Positions 52,201 through 63,791 of a DNA stretch of 64,000 nucleotides are shown here, in pieces. The first letter of the stretch is position 1. Every line of letters begins with the position of its first letter. Position numbers and translations under genes: made by a program. The notes beneath the pieces were generated by a model. It was not told where the DNA came from. It saw nothing but the letters and a program-made list of their open reading frames with translations, and ran no database searches. The stretch comes from Eledone cirrhosa (Eukaryota): positions 92,194,001-92,258,000 of the forward strand of contig OZ024746.1 of NCBI GenBank assembly GCA_964016885.1, given 5' to 3'.

Positions 52201-54581
52201 ATTCAATACAATTTTGAAATTAGGTGTGCCATTTAGAAAGCCAAACGAGCCACATGTGGCTCACAGGCTACAGTTTCTCCATGACTAATCTAACAATGTG
52301 TTGATTAGCTGCCTCAGTTTATAAACAGAGTTTGGACTTTCGTCTATTTTTCAGACATAAAATAAGGAGTGTTGGCTTATATTCGAGTATATATGTTAAG
52401 TTTTTCATTAGTAAGTTGATATTTAGAACATTACTTAACAAACATTTTAAAAATAAAATTACGATGGAAGGTTTTAAAATATGGGTAAAATAAACAGTTT
52501 TGTATTATATATTGAAGGGCTGTTTCTAGTGGTTCAGTACAGAAAAGAGATGAAAACTATTGAATCTTTGAACCCATGGATTACACAAGAAAGATGGCGA
52601 CTCTAGGTCTAGGATCAATGGATAGTTAAGTTCTGAACTAAACTGCTACTAAATCAGTGGCATAGTGAGCAGGATAAGGGTGCCAACTGTTGAAAGTAGC
52701 TCATATATACGATGAACTAATCTTGGATAATTTCATTATTTTATATCAACTTTCCATACTGGCATGGATGGGTTGTCATAGTTTCACAAAAGACAGGTTA
52801 GAGAGATTATCTTGTTCATACATTTTGTATTTTGCATGGTTTTTCAACTAGATGCCATTCCTAATGCCAAACACTTTACAGAGTGTACCGGGTGTATTTT
52901 ATTGACACCAACACTACCACTTTACCATATTTCTAATGAAATACAACACCTATATTTTTCAATTAATTTTGTAAATAAGTCAAATTACTAACCACCTTAT
53001 TAAGCTGTAGTTTAGCATATAACTTAATAAAGATATTCTTCACATTATTTTTATTTGACTATAATTCCCAATGTCAAGAACTCCAGAATCAGTATGGGTT
53101 CTACAACTTAATATCCTTTCTTGAGACATTAAACTATGATTGTTTCTACTATTGGCACAAGGCCAGCAATTACCCAGTACATTACTGGTACTTTATTTTA
53201 TCGACCCCATAAGGATGAAAGGCAAAGTTAACCTTGGCGGGATTTGAACTCAGATCGTAAAGGGACGTAACTCTTTGCGTCACAGCATGGCGTCCAACCC
53301 TCTACCGATACTGCTAATCCACCGAGACATTAAACTATGATGATGATGAAACATCCATTGGTTTGTTGAAATAACTATCTAGTTTAGCAGGCTGACTACT
53401 GAATCAGGCAATAAATTAAGTCTACCCCTCAGTTCCAGTCAATTTCCCTGGTTTTGGTCGACCCGGAGGTATCGTACAAGATAATTGTCCAAAGCATCAC
53501 ACAGTTTGAAACCAAAACTACATAGTTGTGGTGTAATCCTCTTAACTATACAGCCATCATTGTATCCAACTGATGGCAGTGGATTGGCAGTATTGGTAGA
53601 GGGTCGGATGCCATGCTTTCTAGCATAGAGTTACCGCCCTTGCCATTCTGAGTTCAAATCCCGCCGAGGTTAACTTTGCCTTTCATTCTTATGGGGTCGA
53701 TAAAATAAAGTACCAGTAATGTACTGGGTAATTGCTGGCCTTGTGACAAAAAGTAGAAATAATTGTATCCAACTGATATTTTATCCCTGAATACTGAAAG
53801 GTGAAGTCAAAACATGTAAAAAGATATAAATACAACAATTCACTATTTGATGTTTGATAACAACATAGATTAAAGAATGGTGCAACTTTAATACTAAATC
53901 TTATAATAAACATAAAAATTTGCCCTTTAGCATTTAAACTGGTCATATCTGGCCAGAATTCTCTCAACTCTTTCTGTTCAAACTGGCTGCTGATACTTAT
54001 GTTAAGGTATTGTTCTAAAAATAAATAACATCAAAATCTCATAGATTTGATATTATGTGAAATAATGTTTACTGTGAAAATACAATAGAAAATATAGAGC
54101 AATGTAAATGGTAAAGGGTTAAAACAACATTGCTATTTCTCAATGAATTTTCAGAAAAAATGTCAGATATCCATATCTGCCTTAGTAAAAATCTTGGCTT
54201 CCTTTAGGCAAAAAGAGTGAATTAAATAAAAACGATGGGGAAAGACCATCAGTTCTAATACAACGGGAGTGGGATAATTGAGGTGGAAAATATCCATTCT
54301 ATAAAAAATGATAAAATAGAAGGTTGTGGTTTGTTTTGTTCTATGATAAAACAGTCACCTTTCACCTTCTGTCACTTTAATCTTTCTCATTTCATCCCTC
54401 TCTGTCTTACTATTTCTCTCTCTAACTTACACACATCTATATAGATTTATATATATGCATAACATGTTTCTATATGGATATATGCATAAATTTACAGACA
54501 TATACTATGCATTATCATGTGTGTATCCATGGAAATATGTGCATGTAGATTTGTCAATTCATATAAATGCATCTCTTTCTC

Positions 54582-54612
<31 letters not shown>

Positions 54613-57600
54613 TAGTAATTGTGAGTCAGTGTGTCTCTCCAGGTCACTAAGACTAAACGTGTAGTTGTTAATCAGTGTCTATAAAGAATTTCATAAGCCA
54701 TTTCAGTTTAACAAAAAAAAATATTTTGCCAACATATTTGGCATTCCAAGTAACACTATGTACCTCAACTAGTATAATTCTGTCTAACATTGGCACATGG
54801 CCAGCCATTTGGGGGAAGAAAAATCAAATCAACCCTAGTACCTAACTGGTATTTTGTTGAGCTCAGAATAGAGAGATTTGTAGCTAAATATTGTAAAGCC
54901 TTTTGTCTGATGTCCTACCAATGCTGTCAAAACCTTTTGTCTGATGTCCTAGCAATGCTGTTAAAGCCTTTGGTCTGATATACTACCAATACTGTTAAAG
55001 CCTTTTGTCTGATGTCCTACCAATGCTGTCAAAGCCTTTTGTCTGATGTCCTACTAATGCTGTCAAAGCCTTTTGTCTGATGTCCTACCAATGCTGTCAA
55101 AGTCTTTTGTCTCATGTCCTACTAATGCTGTCAAAGTCTTTTGTCTGATGTGCTACCAATGCTGTCAAAGTCTTTTGTCTGATGTCCTACCAATGCTGTC
55201 AAAGTCTTTTGTCTGATGTCCTACCAATGCTGTCAAAGCCTTTTGTCTGATGTCCTACCAATGCTGTCAAAGTCTTTTGTCTGATGTCCTACCAATGCTG
55301 TCAAAGTCTTTTGTTTGATGTCCTACCAATGCTGTCAAAGTCTTTTGTCTGATGTCCTACCAATGCTGTCAAAGCCTTTTGTCTGATGTCCTACCAATGC
55401 TGTCAAAACCTTTTGTCTGATGTCCTACCAATGCTGTCAAAGTCTTTTGTCTCATGTCCTACCAATGTTGTCAAAGCCTTTTGTCTCATGTCCTACCAAT
55501 GCTGTCAAAGCCTTTTGTCTGATGTCCTACCAATGCTGTCAAAACCTTTTGTCTCATGTCCTACCAATGCTGTCAAAGTCTTTTGTCTCATGTCCTACTA
55601 ATGCTGTCAAAACCTTTTGTCTAATGTCCTACTAATGCTGTCAAAACCTTTTGTCTAATGTCCTACCAATGCTGTCAAAGCTTTTGTCTCATGTCCTACC
55701 AATGCTGTCAAAGCCTTTTGTCTCATGTCCTACCAATGCTGTCAATCCACCACTCTTTAATAATTGTTTCTACTATAGGCTCAAGGAATTTGAAGGGGAG
55801 GCGAAAGTCGATTAAATTGACCCCAGTGCATTACTGGTACTTTATTTTATTGATCCTGTAAGGATGAAAGACAAAGCTAACTTCAGTGGGGTTTGAACTC
55901 AAGATAAAGGGTCGTAACTCTATGCTGTGAAGTATAGTGTCTGACGCTCTACCAATTACTTCCAATCCAGCCTTCTAATTTTGGTAGAAGGCCAGTAAAT
56001 CTGGGTAAGGAAGTCAATTACACTAAATCAATACTACACTAGTACATTATACTAAACTAATACTACACTAGTACATTAGTGACCTCGAGAGAATAAAAGT
56101 CAAAGTTGACCTTGGCAGGATCTGAAATCGGAACATATTGAGCTGGAACCAATTCTTCAAAGCTCTAACAATTCTGCCAATCCACCAACTCGTTAACAAA
56201 AGATTCTAAGATAATCCCAACCAGTCTGTTTGAATGTGTTAATGGTATTTTAAATGTGATGCAGACTTTGCACCATACCAGTAATCAAACTATCTAATTT
56301 AGATCAGTACTAAAGCATTGAAGCAACACTTTAGGCTGAAATTTCATCTTTTAGGTGGCTTTCTAGCTACAGGCACCATTTGTTTCTGTTGGGAAAAACC
56401 TAGAATTTGCTAGTGTAATCTTGAAATAGAATTAATAAAGATTTATTTGAGAGATATGGCTGACATGGAAGCCGCTGTATAGGTTTAATAACAGAAATGT
56501 TTACTGCACACGACAGTAAAACACAGACAAAAAGAATATCTGGTTTTATTTTCACTTTTCGGCTGCTTAATGACTGGCAGTAACTGAGACACACAGGGAA
56601 ACCAATTTTATTGATTAACTCTTCAAAAGTACTGTAAAGTCATATTCTGAAAGTGTGTGTGTGTACCATTAGAATCCAAATGATAGCTTATCAAGATAAC
56701 ATGGCTCATGGCCTGTATTGCATTTCAAAAACAAACTCAAAATCGAGAAGAGAATGAAAATACTAAACCAAACTATGATGCTAGCAATAGATTAAGTATT
56801 GAACAAGTTGGGGATACATTTCAAGTAGGTTTCAAATATCAGTGATAATTGTTTGGAGTTGTATCAGATCAGATTGAAAAATGTCCAGTAAAGGGATACA
56901 ATATAATAGTGAAACAAAATGGTAGAACTATAAACAATAAAACCAGTTTGACCAAACTCATGAACACTGTAGAGTGTTTGTATTTTAAAGTGAGGCATTG
57001 CTAATTCTAAATGAGATTAAGGATTTCAAAATGAGATTTTATGACTTGAAAGAGAGAATAATGATTTCAGAATGAGATTTTATGATTTCAAAATGAAATT
57101 TTCACAAGATTTGACTGATATTTTGAGAGCTGAACAGAGAACATAAAATAATATTGTAACATCAGTTGTAATATCATTAATGTGAACTAGTCTGGTTGAG
57201 GCAAAATCTTATGATTTAATATCTTCCACTTTGTTTTCAGGTGTAATAGCACCAATCTCCAATCAAAAGAATGTTAAATACTTGTGTCTTCTTTGTTCAA
57301 TGTTCAGTTGATGTTACCTAAACATTATAAAATAAATAACTTTTCAAATGATAAGAGCACTATATTTAAAAGATGTTTGTGATTTTAGATGCACGGTAAA
57401 AGACTGTGACAAGTGGAAAGGTGATGTGGTGGAAAATGAAGGACTGACAAGTGGGGAGGTGATGTGGTGGAAAATGAAGGACTGTGACAAGTGGGGAGGT
57501 GGTGTGGTGTGGTGAGGTGGTGTGGGGAGGCGATGTGGTGGAAAACAATGAAGGACTGTGACAGGTGGGGAGGTGGTGCGGTGGAAAACAATGAAGGACT

Positions 57601-60600
57601 GTGACAGTTGGGGAGGTGGGGGAAAGACCCATCCAACTCATACATGGACATAAAAAGGTGGTGCTGAATTCCATAGAAAACAAGCTTACTGCAACCATTT
57701 TGTTTTGTTTATATTCTCCAACTGAAAGTCTTCCCTGTAATATTTCCTCTTTGAGAAAATACATTATATATTCTTCACCAATTAAATCAACTTTATGTTT
57801 TGTTTAAATGACATCAGCTCACTATGAAATAGCTATTCCCACTTTGATGTCCTCATTTTGAAATCGTTATTCTCACTTTGAACTATGTTCTCAGAATTAC
57901 AAGTGCTGTAGTAGTATAAAAGAAGTGTAACAACTTACATTAGCTCGAATATGTTTGGCTCTGTCAGCATATTTTAAAGTATTGTAGGTATCCTCATATG
58001 ATAAATGGGACGGACTGGAAAAAAATTCATTTTGGTGATAAAAACAAAAGGAAAATGTTGAAATAATAAAAATATTTGATAAAATGTATTACATGACATT
58101 CACCAGTAATGTACTGGAGTTGATTTGATCAACTTTCGCCTCCCCCTCAAATTGCTGGCCTTGTGCCTAAAGTAGAAACAATTATTACATAACAAGTACA
58201 TCAATAATTTATATCTGGGGGGGGGGGGGAACCCCCAGTTAAATGTGAATATTTACAATTTAAAGTAAACCTTGGCGATCTTTTCCTTTAATTAGCTGTG
58301 GTTTAATAACAGAACTGAATAATAAGGGGTTTATATAAGTCACTAACTTCAACACCTACCTTACTGCAGCTATCATAACTGTCCTGCAGTTGCCTCCAAT
58401 AGAGTCTTTAAGCAAACGTGTCAGCTTACTGTCCCGGTAGGGAATGTGTGCTTTATTCTGTAAGAAGACAATTATAACGTATTCAATAATTAACAATGTA
58501 TGTAAGCCGGATTCTTAGACTTTTAAGCGCTGAGAATATATATATATATATATATATACACATACTATAAAATAGGGTGAAAACCGTTAAAAGAAGTTGC
58601 CATCGGTTGCTATGAGGAGGTTAAAACCCACACCTCCCAGATACTGTCTAGACACTTGAACAGTGACATCACTTTTATCATCTTTTTAACCCTTTAATGT
58701 TCAAACCGGCCAGAATTCTCTACCTTTTTCTGTTGAAACTGACTGTAACTGGTCACTCAAACTGATGTTAAGGTATTGTTCTCAAAATGAATATTTTCAA
58801 AATCTCAGATTTGATATTATATGAGATAAAGCCTTCACTGTGAAAATATAATAGTATATATATAGAGTAATGTGAATGCTAAAGGGTTAACTAGATAACT
58901 GGACAACAGCTTTCTGATGTCAACAGACAGATATCCATATCTAAACAAGGTACATAAGCCAAATTCTCGGACTTTTAAACACTATAATAGCAAATCTGTG
59001 TATATTTATTTATATATATTCACTGAAAAAGAAGGAAGTGGGTGGTGACAAACTATAGAAAACAGCAACCAGCATTCTAAGATTCACTACGGTTGTATGA
59101 GTATATGTAACAAATTGGCTACACACATTGGCTATTATTATTGTTTGTGTGTTTATATCACTTGTGTGAGTATATGTTTATATTTATACACTCATACATA
59201 TTAATGTACACATATACACATCAACATACTATCTTGGTTATCTATGTTAGTTGCAGATAGTTTAGCCATGAAAAAGTTTGTAATAAAAGAATGAATAAAC
59301 CAAAAACTTCGTTTTGTACCCTTTTTATATATGAAATACTACAATTAGCCATTTTTTTGGCACAGGGGCCAGCCAGTATTTAAATAACACAAATGATGTT
59401 ATTAAATGTTTACACCTGATATAGAGGTGAATGTTCTGCATGATTAAGTATTGACAACTTACCTTTTCATCAGCCAAAGCATTAATAACATTTCCCAAAG
59501 CCAACAAAGACCGATTTATATTGGCTCCTTCTCGCATTCTTGGACCTCTGTTACTGGTAGCAGTACCGCGCTCAGAACCAGCAAGATCAACCAAACACAT
59601 CTTGGCCATATGGACAGACTTAACTAAATTTGCTGTACGGTCAGATTGTTTTACAAACACCTATAGGAAACAAAATATATATTGTTTAAATAATCCAGAT
59701 AATATTGTCTAGAGTACACTATTCATGGAACAAAAATGTTGGGATAGTAACAGCTTGACCCTTTTCATAGCAAACAGCCCTGGTTTCTATCATATTACGC
59801 TGTTTATTTCATAGTGTTTATATTAATCTAAAAACGTTCTATCATAATTTAAAGTAATATTTGTTAAGTTATACTCCAAACATCAGCTTAATAATGAGAA
59901 AGTTACACTACTGAAGCCCTCCAAATTTAATACAGTAGGCTTTCATTAGAAGTATGGTAATGAAAAGCTTAAAAACCAGTGAACCCAGGCATGTTAAATC
60001 AGGTCTAAAACAAGGCTAAACAATAACACCCTATTATATCTAACAAAAAAAATTTCAATATTGGTATGGGATACAATAAGTCAGCTGGGTGCCCTGAGAG
60101 CATATTACCTAGAATAAGGATAGGATGGAAAAAGTTTAGGGAGCTACTCCCACTGTTGACCACAAAAGGTTTCTCCCTACATACAAAAGGTTGACTATGA
60201 TGCCTGTATGTGAAGTGCAATACTGCATGGTAGTGAAACATGGGCTGTGACTGCGGAAACTGAAGAGAAATGAAGCAACCATGTTCTGTTGGATGTGCGA
60301 TGTAAATGTGAGAGAATGGCAGAGCGTGGATGAGTTAAAGAAGCTGGGTTTAAGAGGAATTCGAGGTAGTGTGCAGGAGAGAAGACTGCATTGGTTTGGA
60401 CATGTGAAGAGTATGGACAATGACTGCTGGGTGAAGAAGTGTCAGGAAATGACACAGTAGATGTAGACCAAAAAGCACCTGGGCAAAAGTTGTGAGAACT
60501 GACCTCAAATCACTGAGACTAGCAGAGAAGATGATAAAGAAATGCAATGTGTGGAGTGATGCTGTACTGAGAAGAACCCGTCCAACCCATGGAAGCATGG

Positions 60601-62798
60601 AAAAATGGACATGAAAACAATGATGATGATGATACAGAGCTTTCTCATATTGTCTTATTTTCAAATATCAAAGTACTGTAAATAATTACAAATAACAGAA
60701 AATAGGAATTGTTTCACAAATGATTTCTTTGGACAATTTACAAGACATGTAGGCAGTCGCAGAGAACAGATACTATAAAAGATATTATTTGACGTTCTAA
60801 GTAGGCAGTGGATTGGCAGAATATTTTACAGTATCCATTCCAACTGTGCCCAAATCTGAGTTCAAATCCTACCAAAGTCAACTTTGCTTCTCATCTTTTT
60901 GAGGTCAATAACCCCCCCATCAAATACTGGGTTTAGTTATTCCTTTATACCACCTTCTCACTTCACTCTCTATCCTAAAGATGGGCTCTGCTAGGCTTAA
61001 GTGCCCAAACACGTCGTATGTCATGACAGCATCCCCACAATTCACCAGGAGTTAGATTCAAGGCCATACATACGTTCTAGGTAAATGTGTAGAATTAATT
61101 GAATCAATTTCAATATATGGCTGGTATTTATTTTATCAATTGCTGAGGAAGATAAAAAAAAATTGCTGGACAGATTTTACGGACAAAGCCAACAGGTAGG
61201 AGACCCAGGGGTAGACCCCGAGCAAGATGGTTGGATAACATCCATGAGCTTGGCTGGTCTCACTTGGGGATCCATCTGGATCAATTGGAGACAGTTGCAT
61301 TAGATAGAACCAACTGGAAGGAGTTTTTGAGGACTCTGCCCCCACAACCCTATCAGGAATAAGTGGGCGAAGAAGCAGTAAAGGAAGATATGTATATTTT
61401 ACATCTGTATGTATTAAATATACATCAAAGCAAGGTTTAATGAAAACGATGTTCAGCTCACAACTGTAAGGTAGCAATTGTTGGTGACACATTGTGTCCT
61501 TGAGGAAGATACTATACTTCACATTGTTCCAGTTCAGCTGATGAGTTGTACCTGTAATTTAAAGGTTCTGCTTTATCACTAACTGAATCATACTGACTCT
61601 CCCTGAGAACTATGTAATGAGTACATGTGTCTGTAGAATGCTCAGCCACTTGCACAGCTGGCTGTTGGCTAGAGAACTGGAACACTTATCACAACCAACA
61701 GAAGTCTAACAATATCAGAGACTGATTTTTTCCTCCCGTTCTATCACTTTCACCCTCTCTCAGTATCTTCACCACACCTCAGATCAAATAAGAGAAATAC
61801 CTGAAAAACAGCATGGGATCTAGATGATTCTGCATTTGCATCTGTTGGATGTTGTGAACGGTTCTGATTTCCAAAATATAACATTCTCAATAAATCCTGT
61901 TCATTTTGAGGCTAGAAATAGGAAAAGAAATTAAATTTTATTTTTTAATACCTTATTTAGCAAAATGAATATATATATATATATGTAGATAATATATTAT
62001 TTCTGAAGACAGCATATATATGTGTAGGTATGTATATTCCCTCTGATAGTTTGTAAAACTTTTACATAGATCTATATGATATACATACCAACACACACAT
62101 ATATATCCTAGAAACGATCGTAAAATGATGAATTTTTTAATATAAGGAACTGTTTCTTTGTTTTTATTCATTATTTTTATTAATTTATTTATATATATAT
62201 ATATATAGGTAAAAAACTGGAAGTTTATATCTGTAGTTGGTAGAGCACTCAGTCCAAAGGATGAGTTCGGTATAGAGTTAGTTTTACATGTATGGTAACA
62301 GTTTAAAGTTACAAGATAAACAGTAACTGTTTTACATGTATGGTAACAGTTTAAAGTTACTACAAGATAAACAGTAACTGTTTTACATGTATGGTAACAG
62401 TTTAAAGTTACTACAAGATAAACAGTAACTGTTTTACATGTATGGTAACAGTTTAAAGTTACTACAAGATAAACAGTAACTGTTTTACACGTGACAATAA
62501 AGATTGCCATTATATCCCAGCTCTATATGTCAGACTTAAGTTTTGCAGAAATGTTTTTACACATAAAGACAATTAATATGCTGCAATTCACAGTATATGC
62601 TACCAACAATGAAGTGATGAGTAAAATAATGATCCTATGAGAAGCACTTAATATTTGTAGACATATAGAAGTAGATATTAAAGTAATACTCACTTTGTGC
62701 AATGTAAGACCAGGTATAATGACACCAGCTTTGGGATCTTCTCGGATTGGTAAAGAAGATTTTAAATTCAATAAATCTTTGATTTGTTCATTATAGAT
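24959..62798 (-). CDS. KIF18A: Kinesin-8 (KIF18A-like) gene, 17 coding exons in window, 5' part outside window
   Basis: Motor motifs [82 protein letters not shown]; KIF18-like stalk with VVWAD; all GT-AG junctions phase-consistent, 2376 nt. Confidence 0.92.
27389..27906 (-). mobile_element. Mariner-derived non-autonomous element
   Basis: TA|CGAGGGATCTTCAAAA ... TTTTGAAGCCTCCTCG|TA TIRs; minus strand [12 protein letters not shown]-terminal remnant. Confidence 0.8.
28521..28712 (+). mobile_element. SINE family A with 16-bp TSD
   Basis: A-box TGGCAGTATCGG, B-box GAGTTCAAATCC; ATTATCTATATATCTA on both sides. Confidence 0.92.
29374..30253 (+). mobile_element. Tc1/mariner DD37D (maT) transposon, internally deleted
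   Basis: 25-bp perfect TIR CAGGGTGTGGACGATATTTGTTCGC (29374-29398, 30229-30253); ORF 29700-30128 [21 protein letters not shown] has 37 residues between the 2nd and 3rd D. Confidence 0.93.
31287..31570 (+). mobile_element. SINE family B, 5'-truncated with 5' inversion (31217-31271)
   Basis: TTTCCTTGAGCAAGACAC core, RTE tail, (GAT)n end. Confidence 0.9.
31572..31948 (-). mobile_element. SINE family B, near full length, tRNA-derived head
   Basis: Minus strand TAGTGGTTAGAGC (A-box) and GAGTTCAATTCT (B-box), CCTTGAGCAAGACAC core, RTE-derived tail. Confidence 0.92.
32156..32258 (-). CDS. KIF18A: Kinesin-8 penultimate exon ([16 protein letters not shown])
   Basis: TTCAG/GTAAG, phase 1 in, phase 2 out. 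Confidence 0.75.
32389..32455 (-). ncRNA. Minimal type I hammerhead ribozyme motif, intronic and sense to the kinesin gene
   Basis: Minus strand TGACAGGAAGGTATACGGTG-CTGATGA-C-AGCT(AAGA)AGCT-A-GAAA-CTAG-TT-CATCGTTCCTTTGTCA: intact core, 4-bp stem II, palindromic stem III, stem I CGGTG/CATCG extended by GGAA/TTCC and TGACA/TGTCA. Confidence 0.82.
32613..32807. repeat. Fold-back cassette in (TA)n: ~58-bp imperfect inverted repeat with 2-nt loop
   Basis: ATAGGAAAAAAGTATGACCCCGA..GCTATTTCTG-TC-CAGAAATAGC..TCGGGGTCATACTTTTTTCCTAT. Confidence 0.88.
32845..33392 (-). mobile_element. Helitron-like element, second copy
   Basis: Reverse-complement homology to 28715-28980 and 30700-30770. Confidence 0.7.
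33441..36010 (+). mobile_element. RTE-clade LINE, degenerate (antisense in kinesin intron)
   Basis: APE ([10 protein letters not shown]), [47 protein letters not shown]. Confidence 0.95.
36769..36959 (-). CDS. KIF18A: Kinesin-8 tail exon ([19 protein letters not shown])
   Basis: TTTCAG/GTAAG, stop-free, phase 2 in, phase 1 out. Confidence 0.75.
37372..39600. repeat. Minisatellite, 49-51-bp unit, ~45 copies
   Basis: GTGTATATAGTGTCT(CT)GATATACAACAGAGTATATAGCTATGACAAGCTA. Confidence 0.98.
39978..40119 (-). CDS. KIF18A: Kinesin-8 tail exon ([14 protein letters not shown])
   Basis: TACAG/GTAAA, phase 1 in, phase 2 out, S/P-rich. Confidence 0.72.
41030..41376 (+). mobile_element. RTE LINE 3' fragment
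   Basis: [14 protein letters not shown]; tail ending in (GAT)n. Confidence 0.8.
41665..42780. repeat. G-rich minisatellite, 39-bp unit, ~28 copies
   Basis: AGGGACTAGATGGTGGGGATGGGTAGTGGCTTGTTAGGC. Confidence 0.98.
42859..43251 (-). CDS. KIF18A: Kinesin-8 large tail exon ([14 protein letters not shown])
   Basis: CTACAG/GTAAG, 393 nt stop-free, phase 1-1. Confidence 0.85.
43446..43661 (+). mobile_element. TTAA-type MITE family 1
   Basis: TTAA|CCCTTTAACATTT ... AAATGCTAAAGGG|TTGA termini; five copies in the window. Confidence 0.8.
44792..44866 (-). CDS. KIF18A: Kinesin-8 exon ([24 protein letters not shown])
   Basis: TTACAG/GTAAG, phase 1-1. Confidence 0.8.
44950..45250. repeat. Minisatellite, ~27-bp unit, ~11 copies, filling most of a ~400-bp intron
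   Basis: ACAGTTATGACATCTGTACAAGATGTA. Confidence 0.95.
45265..45500 (-). CDS. KIF18A: Kinesin-8 exon ([19 protein letters not shown])
   Basis: TTCCAG/GTAAG; KIF18-like VVWAD. Confidence 0.9.
46791..46912 (-). CDS. KIF18A: Kinesin-8 stalk exon ([19 protein letters not shown])
   Basis: TTCAG/GTTTG, phase 0 in, phase 2 out; resembles the KIF18A HHL stalk segment. Confidence 0.85.
47250..47660. repeat. Minisatellite, ~37-45-bp variable unit
   Basis: CACAGCTG..CCACCTACACTGGGGTGTACAGTCTGGTA. Confidence 0.93.
47888..48037 (-). CDS. KIF18A: Kinesin-8 coiled-coil exon ([13 protein letters not shown])
   Basis: TTACAG/GTAAT, 150 nt, phase 0-0. Confidence 0.87.
49483..49651 (-). CDS. KIF18A: Kinesin-8 coiled-coil exon ([14 protein letters not shown])
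   Basis: TTAAG/GTAAG, phase 2 in, phase 0 out. Confidence 0.88.
49854..49945 (-). CDS. KIF18A: Kinesin-8 neck coil exon ([17 protein letters not shown])
   Basis: TCTAG/GTTTG, phase 0 in, phase 2 out. Confidence 0.85.
51385..51558 (-). mobile_element. SINE family A with TSD ACATAGATATATAAT
   Basis: Family match plus flanking direct repeat. Confidence 0.9.
51794..51868 (-). CDS. KIF18A: Kinesin-8 neck exon ([25 protein letters not shown])
   Basis: AACAG/GTGGG; typical kinesin-8 neck linker. Confidence 0.92.
53141..53323 (-). mobile_element. SINE family A with 18-bp TSD GAGACATTAAACTATGAT
   Basis: TSD at 53123-53140 and 53324-53341. Confidence 0.93.
53574..53761 (+). mobile_element. SINE family A with TSD ATTGTATCCAACTGAT
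   Basis: Family match plus flanking direct repeat. Confidence 0.92.
53921..54122 (-). mobile_element. TTAA-type MITE family 1
   Basis: Reverse complement of 43446-43661. Confidence 0.78.
54895..55745. repeat. Minisatellite, 34-bp unit, ~25 copies, embedded in a SINE
   Basis: GCCTTTTGTCTGATGTCCTACCAATGCTGTCAAA. Confidence 0.97.
57939..58014 (-). CDS. KIF18A: Kinesin-8 motor exon ([25 protein letters not shown])
   Basis: TCCAG/GTAAG; helix alpha6 motif. Confidence 0.96.
58360..58457 (-). CDS. KIF18A: Kinesin-8 motor exon ([33 protein letters not shown])
   Basis: TACAG/GTAGG; L12/alpha5 motif. Confidence 0.97.
58686..58890 (-). mobile_element. TTAA-type MITE family 1 with both TTAA ends intact
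   Basis: TTAACCCTTTAATGTTCA ... TGAATGCTAAAGGGTTAA. Confidence 0.85.
59463..59660 (-). CDS. KIF18A: Kinesin-8 motor exon with switch II (DLAGSER)
   Basis: TATAG/GTAAG, 198 nt. Confidence 0.97.
60075..60632 (+). mobile_element. RTE LINE 3' fragment
   Basis: [26 protein letters not shown], (GAT)n tail. Confidence 0.85.
61801..61911 (-). CDS. KIF18A: Kinesin-8 motor exon with switch I ([21 protein letters not shown])
   Basis: TCTAG/GTATT, 111 nt; not in the supplied ORF track. Confidence 0.97.
62280..62490. repeat. Minisatellite, ~51-bp unit, ~4 copies
   Basis: GTTTTACATGTATGGTAACAGTTTAAAGTTACTACAAGATAAACAGTAACT. Confidence 0.93.
62694..62798 (-). CDS. KIF18A: Kinesin-8 motor exon ([21 protein letters not shown])
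   Basis: CTACAG/GTGAG, 105 nt. Confidence 0.96.
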
Positions 62799-62916
62799 CT
62801 GTAGACAAAGACAAAATAATACCCATGAGGCAGAAATAGGCAGCTGATCACCCAGCATGCACATCACATCTGTGCTAATGCAGCCTTCTCTCTTACACAC
62901 CACCTCGGATTCCTCT

Positions 62917-63144
62917 TAAACCTTTACCATTTACATTACTCTATATATACTAGTATATTTTCATGGTAAAGGCTCAATCTTACATAATTATCTCACATAA
63001 TATAGAATCTATGAGATTTTGATATTATTTATATTGAGAACCATACTTTAATATCAGTATGAGTGGCCAGTTATAGTTGGTTTGAACAGAAAGAGGTGAA
63101 AGAATTCTGGCCAGATAAAGTCAGTTTAAATGCTAAAGGGTTCA
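62917..63144 (+). mobile_element. TTAA-type MITE family 1
   Basis: Homologous to 43446-43661. Confidence 0.78.
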
Positions 63145-63791
63145 ACCCAGCTTTTTTTTCTCTCAGCTCGTCCAAACTTTGCCTTTCTCTCACATTTACA
63201 TTTCACATCCAACGAAGCATATAAAAATGGATATTGGCAAAGACTCATTCATCACCAACACTAGATACACTGCTTCTCCTTTTCTTGTTATCTCTACTGT
63301 AACTAACCTCCAAAACTGCAAACTAAACACTTTGCTAAACCATTCTTTTCAAGCAGAATAGCCCTTTAGGAACCACGCAAGGTCCAAGTTTTTCCTATAG
63401 GCACCGACCTAATCAGCAAGCAATGTTGTTGCCCTCCCACAGGGCTACTTTTTCTACAATTAAATGCACCCAGTAAACTGGTAGTGGTGGTGCCATGATA
63501 AAATGCACCCAGAATATGTTGTAAAGTGGTTAGCATTAGGAAGGGCATCAGGACAGGGAAACCATGCCAGAATGAAATGTATGAGCAAGATGTGGTCTAG
63601 TGACCAATGTAATCTCAAATTAGGACAACCTATCCAACCCATGCCAGCATCGATGATGATGATGAACATAAAGAGACTGAAGCTAAATATCAACATCAGT
63701 TTGGCCATGGCATTTGCCCTGCTACTTCAGAATATAAATTTAAAAGAAAATAAACAAACATGTTCACAAATTTCTGAATAGTATTATAAAG

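Noticed and set aside
63300-63360. Candidate upstream motor exon ending LE|GT
   Set aside because: In-frame TAG a few codons upstream and no kinesin similarity; the true exon lies outside the window
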